Sequence record: PP886230
Strand: one strand, 5' to 3'
Origin: Escherichia phage vB_EcoM_E9.1
Length of the DNA: 64,000 bases
Of this stretch, positions 59,877-64,000 are shown one piece after another; position 1 is the stretch's first letter, and every line of letters starts with the position of its first letter. A program made the translations under genes and the position numbers. Below the pieces are notes generated by a model that worked only from the letters and a program-made list of their open reading frames with translations, was not told the origin of the DNA and did not search any database.

Positions 59877-60176
59877 ATGTGCAATGGCATTGAAAGTACT
59901 AAAACAATTTATTATAATAATGAACGTAACTATCGTTTTCATAATTTAACCACAAATAAAAGTTTACTATTTTACAATTGTAAAGAAGTAATACTCCCAT
60001 CAGACAATAGCTGTACTCCAACTAATCAACCCCCAGCACAATGTAATACTCCCTCTGAACCTGATAAAAATAAAAAAGACAAAAAACCTTTAAAAGATAA
60101 AAAGAAAGATAAAAAACCTAATCCGTTTAAAAATAATAAACAAGCACAACCCGATATGACGTGTAAAATAAAATAA
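59877..60176 (+). CDS. hypothetical protein with Lys-rich low-complexity tail
   Basis: Track ORF; ...DKNKKDKKPLKDKKKDKKPNPF... Confidence 0.35.
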   Translation: MCNGIESTKTIYYNNERNYRFHNLTTNKSLLFYNCKEVILPSDNSCTPTNQPPAQCNTPSEPDKNKKDKKPLKDKKKDKKPNPFKNNKQAQPDMTCKIK

Positions 60177-60185
60177 GGATATATA

Positions 60186-60605
60186 ATGAAAAAGATTTTT
60201 TTAAGTATTATTTTAGTACTTTTTAGTTTTAATGTATATGCAGCAGATGCTAAACAGGTTGCAAATACAGTAAAAGATGTTATAGTAGATAATGCTCCTA
60301 CATTAGAGGAAATTGGGGTAAAAACTTGTGATATAGTAATATATAATTTAGTTAATGATGAACGAGTTATGTTGAATACGTATGAACAAGTAGTCCCATT
60401 GGTTGAATCTGGTGATGCTTTTAGCTTTACATATAAAGTTAAATTAACAGGAGGGGTTGAAGTTAATCTTGACATTGATACCGCTTCAGTACTAAAAGAT
60501 AAACTAGGATATGTGTTCAATCGTATTCGTGAAGAAGGTCATCTTAAGTATGTTTATGAAAGTAAAATACTAAAACGTGCAATAGTTATAGAAAACTGTA
60601 AATGA
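60186..60605 (+). CDS. secreted protein (signal peptide)
   Basis: N-terminal MKKIFLSIILVLFSFNVYAADA. Confidence 0.5.
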   Translation: MKKIFLSIILVLFSFNVYAADAKQVANTVKDVIVDNAPTLEEIGVKTCDIVIYNLVNDERVMLNTYEQVVPLVESGDAFSFTYKVKLTGGVEVNLDIDTASVLKDKLGYVFNRIREEGHLKYVYESKILKRAIVIENCK

Positions 60606-60611
60606 TAATAA

Positions 60612-60646
60612 AAGGGTTGACTTCGGTCAGCCTTTTTTGTTATGAT
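60612..60646 (+). terminator. terminator-promoter cassette, copy 5 of 5
   Basis: AAGGGTTGAC-TTCG-GTCAGCCTT hairpin + TTTTTT; TTGACT-N18-TATGAT. Confidence 0.6.
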
Positions 60647-60674
60647 GTTGGTATTAACTACAGAGGATAAAGTA

Positions 60675-61316
60675 ATGACTAAGCAAGACATATTCAAAAC
60701 TTTAATTGACATTTTGCGTCCATCAAAAACTCGTTGTGCGATGGAGTTTGATATTCCTTATGCTGAACGCGTAATCTTTCCACAAGTTAAAGCTGCTGGA
60801 CTTACTTTGCTTGGAATGGGGATGTACTCTGTAGTAGTTGAACATAAAAACTATCCTGGGCGTGCATTTAAAGTAACCACTTCACGCTGGGATGGTTTTC
60901 GTGCTTATGCAAAGTACTGCATTGAAAACGCAGGAACCAAGTTTCTTCCAGTGATCTACAGTGCAAACGAACAAGGAAACTTTGGATGGTATGAGATGGA
61001 CAAGTACTATCCTATAATTAAACAAAAAAATAATTATGATGACTTTGTTAGTACTAAAATTGGAGATTTATATTCTTATGCACATGCTGGTCAGTACGCT
61101 ACTTCAGTGAATGATATGCGTGGAAATTCTGAAGAGATTGCTATTGCGACGGTCGCTGCTAACATCATGAAAGAGTTTCACGGGCGTTTTGTACCAGACA
61201 TTCATTCCAGTAATGTCATGATGGATAAAGATGGCAATGTATTCATTACTGATCCTCTTTCGTGTGATGTACGTAGAGAAATACCAGTTACTGAAGAAGA
61301 TCCAGTTTTTTATTGA
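60675..61316 (+). CDS. hypothetical protein, possible protein-kinase-like fold
   Basis: ...FVPDIHSSNVMMDKDGNVFITDPLS... resembles kinase catalytic loop (D-x-H-x2-N) plus metal-binding Asp; ATG 60675 behind AGAGGA. Confidence 0.45.
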   Translation: MTKQDIFKTLIDILRPSKTRCAMEFDIPYAERVIFPQVKAAGLTLLGMGMYSVVVEHKNYPGRAFKVTTSRWDGFRAYAKYCIENAGTKFLPVIYSANEQGNFGWYEMDKYYPIIKQKNNYDDFVSTKIGDLYSYAHAGQYATSVNDMRGNSEEIAIATVAANIMKEFHGRFVPDIHSSNVMMDKDGNVFITDPLSCDVRREIPVTEEDPVFY

Positions 61317-61377
61317 CAGAACTGATGTTCTGGTGTATTCTTAATAAACCATAAAAATTGCGGTAAAGGATAAAATC

Positions 61378-61659
61378 ATGCGTTCATTTGAAAACTTAAT
61401 AGGTAAGCATCTTTTATCTGAAATTGATGCAGACGTTAAAGAATTATCCAAATCAAAAAGTTACATTCATTTGGATGAACTGTTTATTAAGTACGGTGAG
61501 ATTGGTTTTAAGTCATTATTTGTTTTTACTATGAAAGTACATAGTTTAAAGTACTTCGATTTGAGTGCTAAAGATGGTGAACCGAATCTATATTACATGT
61601 ATTACCTTAAGAACAAAGATGAAGCTAATACATTACTCTCTGAATATATATTGGGGTAA
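61378..61659 (+). CDS. hypothetical protein
   Basis: Track ORF; RBS AAAGGA. Confidence 0.5.
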   Translation: MRSFENLIGKHLLSEIDADVKELSKSKSYIHLDELFIKYGEIGFKSLFVFTMKVHSLKYFDLSAKDGEPNLYYMYYLKNKDEANTLLSEYILG

Positions 61660-61661
61660 AA

Positions 61662-62000
61662 ATGGAACAATATTTTGAATTAATAAACAAAGTATCATTT
61701 TATGTAGTATCTTTGGTTTGGGTGTATTATATGTTTTGCTACATTATTGCATTCTTCCGATACACTACTTTATATGAACGTATCTATTATGATGCCCCAA
61801 TTTCATTCTTGATGTTTTGTGCATGTACGTGGGGAATATTAGAAGTACTGATATGTGGGTATAGTACTGATGAATTAAATCTGGTATCGGTCTTGACTGG
61901 GTTTTCATTTGTTGTTATGATAGCTGCCGTTCCAGTATGGTTGTTCTTTGGACTAGTTCATCGCATTGATATATGGCGTTCTAATATCCCTGAAAAGTAA
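61662..62000 (+). CDS. membrane protein, tandem paralog 1 of 3
   Basis: Hydrophobic; C-terminal ...RSNIPEK. Confidence 0.5.
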   Translation: MEQYFELINKVSFYVVSLVWVYYMFCYIIAFFRYTTLYERIYYDAPISFLMFCACTWGILEVLICGYSTDELNLVSVLTGFSFVVMIAAVPVWLFFGLVHRIDIWRSNIPEK

Positions 62001-62009
62001 GGATTGGTA

Positions 62010-62351
62010 ATGATTTATTACACTAACATGTTTGCCTATGCTGTTGCTTGCATTTACATTGTGTACTTCTTATTCGGTGGAGTACTGTGCTTCTTTAAGT
62101 ACAAAACGTTGTTCAACCGAATGTACCCAAATCATCCAATTGTGGTTGTACTTTTGATTCTTTCAGTTTCTCAAATAATAGTTGAAACTACAATGGGTAT
62201 CAGTAGTGTACATTATAGTTTTGGTACTATAGTAATTATTACTATGCTTATTGCATACATTTTAGTACTTGGATATGGTATCTTTGGTAATATTGGTATG
62301 AAAATGTATCATCGAATTAAAACATTACGTGATAATCTACCGGAGCGTTGA
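62010..62351 (+). CDS. membrane protein, tandem paralog 2 of 3
   Basis: ATG 62010 inside track ORF 62004..62351; C-terminal ...RDNLPER. Confidence 0.5.
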   Translation: MIYYTNMFAYAVACIYIVYFLFGGVLCFFKYKTLFNRMYPNHPIVVVLLILSVSQIIVETTMGISSVHYSFGTIVIITMLIAYILVLGYGIFGNIGMKMYHRIKTLRDNLPER

Positions 62352-62352
62352 T

Positions 62353-62697
62353 ATGTATAATTTGAACCTAATCTCATATATTATAACAACACTGTTTACA
62401 TTCTATGCCTTTGTTGGTATAATCCTACTGTACTTTAAATTTTATAAAGTGTTTAACCGTTTCTATCCTTCAATGGAGAATGAGTTTTTCTTTGTGTTGT
62501 ACGTAGGTTACACATTAATGGCTACATGTTTCACTGTAGCCGATGGTGTCATCGGCATTAAAACTGATTCCCCAAATGGTAGTACGCTGGTTGCATTTAT
62601 TCTTACTGGATTCCTTGCAACTTATATTGCCTTCATTACAACATGGTCAGTGGTTGAATTTCTCTTGCGACTACGAAAGAATATGCCGAATCGATAG
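62353..62697 (+). CDS. membrane protein, tandem paralog 3 of 3
   Basis: ATG 62353 inside track ORF 62329..62697; C-terminal ...RKNMPNR. Confidence 0.5.
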   Translation: MYNLNLISYIITTLFTFYAFVGIILLYFKFYKVFNRFYPSMENEFFFVLYVGYTLMATCFTVADGVIGIKTDSPNGSTLVAFILTGFLATYIAFITTWSVVEFLLRLRKNMPNR

Positions 62698-62706
62698 GAG
62701 ACATAT

Positions 62707-62961
62707 ATGTTTGCGTTGCGTAATAAAAACACTAAAGAATTATTATGTATTGATACCGTATGGGATTGTGCGGGGTCAACTACAGTTCTTGAAGAAGGAA
62801 CTGGATATTGCGTGTTTGTTGTACATGATAGGAATGAACTCGAATTATTACTTGCTGAGTTCAATGCTGGTGGTAATCCTAACAGTACTGAATACCCTGA
62901 GATTATCAATCCAGCACCACCAGGCTCTTATGAAATTCTACAACTGTGGGAGTTGAAGTAA
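62707..62961 (+). CDS. hypothetical protein
   Basis: Track ORF; RBS TAGGAGA. Confidence 0.5.
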   Translation: MFALRNKNTKELLCIDTVWDCAGSTTVLEEGTGYCVFVVHDRNELELLLAEFNAGGNPNSTEYPEIINPAPPGSYEILQLWELK

Positions 62962-63341
62962 TGCGTCAAATGCACAAAGTAACCGAGCTAAACAAGCGTC
63001 TGGTTAAACAATCAATGTTCGAGGATAAAGAGTCTTATTATAACTTTAAACGTGCTGTAGAGGCTGCTATCCACATTCAGAAGCTTAAAGAACGTGGTTG
63101 TATTATTCTGGAAAATGGGTCGGAAGTTGTAACGGATGACTTTAGTGTAGCGTTTGATGTTTCACCTGACGGGACGCTATCAATGCCCCGCTTAGGAACT
63201 GGAAACATGACTGTTTGGGTTGGCTTCACTATGGGGAATGTACCTGGTACTGTGTACGTAGATGATGCGGAATTGAAAGACAGTTTCAAAAACTTATCTT
63301 ATCTTGAACCACAATACGCACATGAAATGAATTTATTTTGA
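62961..63341 (+). CDS. hypothetical protein
   Basis: ATG 62961 inside track ORF 62946..63341; TAATG coupling. Confidence 0.5.
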   Translation: MRQMHKVTELNKRLVKQSMFEDKESYYNFKRAVEAAIHIQKLKERGCIILENGSEVVTDDFSVAFDVSPDGTLSMPRLGTGNMTVWVGFTMGNVPGTVYVDDAELKDSFKNLSYLEPQYAHEMNLF

Positions 63342-63342
63342 G

Positions 63343-63370
63343 TTGACAAACACATTCAGTACTGTATAAT
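63343..63370 (+). promoter_or_regulatory. sigma70-like promoter
   Basis: TTGACA-N16-TGTATAAT upstream of CDS 63418. Confidence 0.6.
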
Positions 63371-63417
63371 GCTTATCAAGGGGATGAACTTCTCATCCCT
63401 ACAATCGAGGAACTACC

Positions 63418-63972
63418 ATGATTACTTTTAAGAAAACTGCTAACCACATCCATGAAATCTACATTAACGGTCACAAAGCTGGCCTTCTTCGTTTACTCGC
63501 CCATCATCCTGATGTTACCGTATCTGATAATGAACCTAAAGATTGGCGTGTATTTTTCTTTGGAAAGTACAGTGATTTTCAAGTATCAAACCTGAAGAAC
63601 ATTCGTTCAGTATGCACGTTAACTGAAATTAAAGAAAAGTTAGAAAAAGCATTGAAAACTAATCCAGATGGTGTTCTTCCACCTGATAACTTTGTAGAGA
63701 AAGGTTATGCATTAGCTCATTTCAAAGATGGTACTATTCAATCTATCAGTACTGAATATGAATATCAATGGACTGAGTACTTCACTTATGGATCGCGTAA
63801 TACATTGATGGCTTCACGTAGTAAATTGGAAGAAGTACTGACTCGTATGAATGAACGCGAGCGTCAATTTTATGACAAACCAGAAATGTGGAGTTCAACT
63901 TACATTGACCGTATTGACTATGTTATTATGACTCCAATCTTTGACACTGCTTACTATGATTCTTTGAAATAA
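63418..63972 (+). CDS. hypothetical protein
   Basis: Track ORF; RBS GAGGAA. Confidence 0.55.
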   Translation: MITFKKTANHIHEIYINGHKAGLLRLLAHHPDVTVSDNEPKDWRVFFFGKYSDFQVSNLKNIRSVCTLTEIKEKLEKALKTNPDGVLPPDNFVEKGYALAHFKDGTIQSISTEYEYQWTEYFTYGSRNTLMASRSKLEEVLTRMNERERQFYDKPEMWSSTYIDRIDYVIMTPIFDTAYYDSLK

Positions 63973-63983
63973 GGATAACTTAT

Positions 63984-64000
63984 ATGAAACTACGTACTCG
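63984..64000 (+). CDS. start of next gene (3' end beyond window)
   Basis: ATG behind RBS AAGGA; only 5 codons visible. Confidence 0.3.

Noticed and set aside
54784-60646. CRISPR array or direct-repeat array formed by the five hairpin cassettes
   Set aside because: Spacing is gene-sized and irregular, and each copy sits at a gene boundary with promoter and terminator features; no other short regularly spaced repeats were seen.

Overview
This 64-kb window reads as a densely packed early / host-takeover region of a large AT-rich virulent tailed phage; I did not recognise the phage or its host. It holds about 145 mostly small genes, nearly all on the + strand and often translationally coupled (ATGA / TAATG overlaps, some GTG/TTG starts), with many sigma70-type promoters (TTGACA-N16-18-TATAAT, often TGn-extended) and hairpin+T-run terminators. 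Recognisable products: a gp44/RFC-type clamp-loader ATPase, a GroES-like co-chaperonin, a DEDDh (DexA-like) exonuclease, a C5-cytosine DNA methyltransferase, a sigma-70-family sigma factor, an HNH endonuclease, a HAD-type putative nucleotidase, and weaker NADAR-like and kinase-like candidates. There are six canonical tRNA genes (Gly-UCC, Ser-UGA, Ser-GCU, Ile/Met-CAU, Asn-GUU, Thr-UGU) plus one atypical tRNA-like gene with a UCU anticodon arm. Most notable: (1) a family of at least 22 small paralogous proteins sharing a C-terminal EE-x-FFQ-x-S-(T/L)-(I/V)-x-D motif that I do not recognise; (2) roughly ten-fold over-representation of the palindrome AGTACT in all reading frames; (3) a second small family of five 'MTHEEWM' proteins around the tRNAs; (4) a ~480-nt GC-richer ORF-free stretch behind its own promoter, plus two smaller candidate RNAs; (5) five near-identical hairpin-terminator/promoter cassettes; (6) a single large minus-strand gene. 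No integrase, transposase, CRISPR array or rRNA was seen. All coordinates outside the supplied ORF track were placed by eye and may be off by 1-2 nt; no database search or computation was run.
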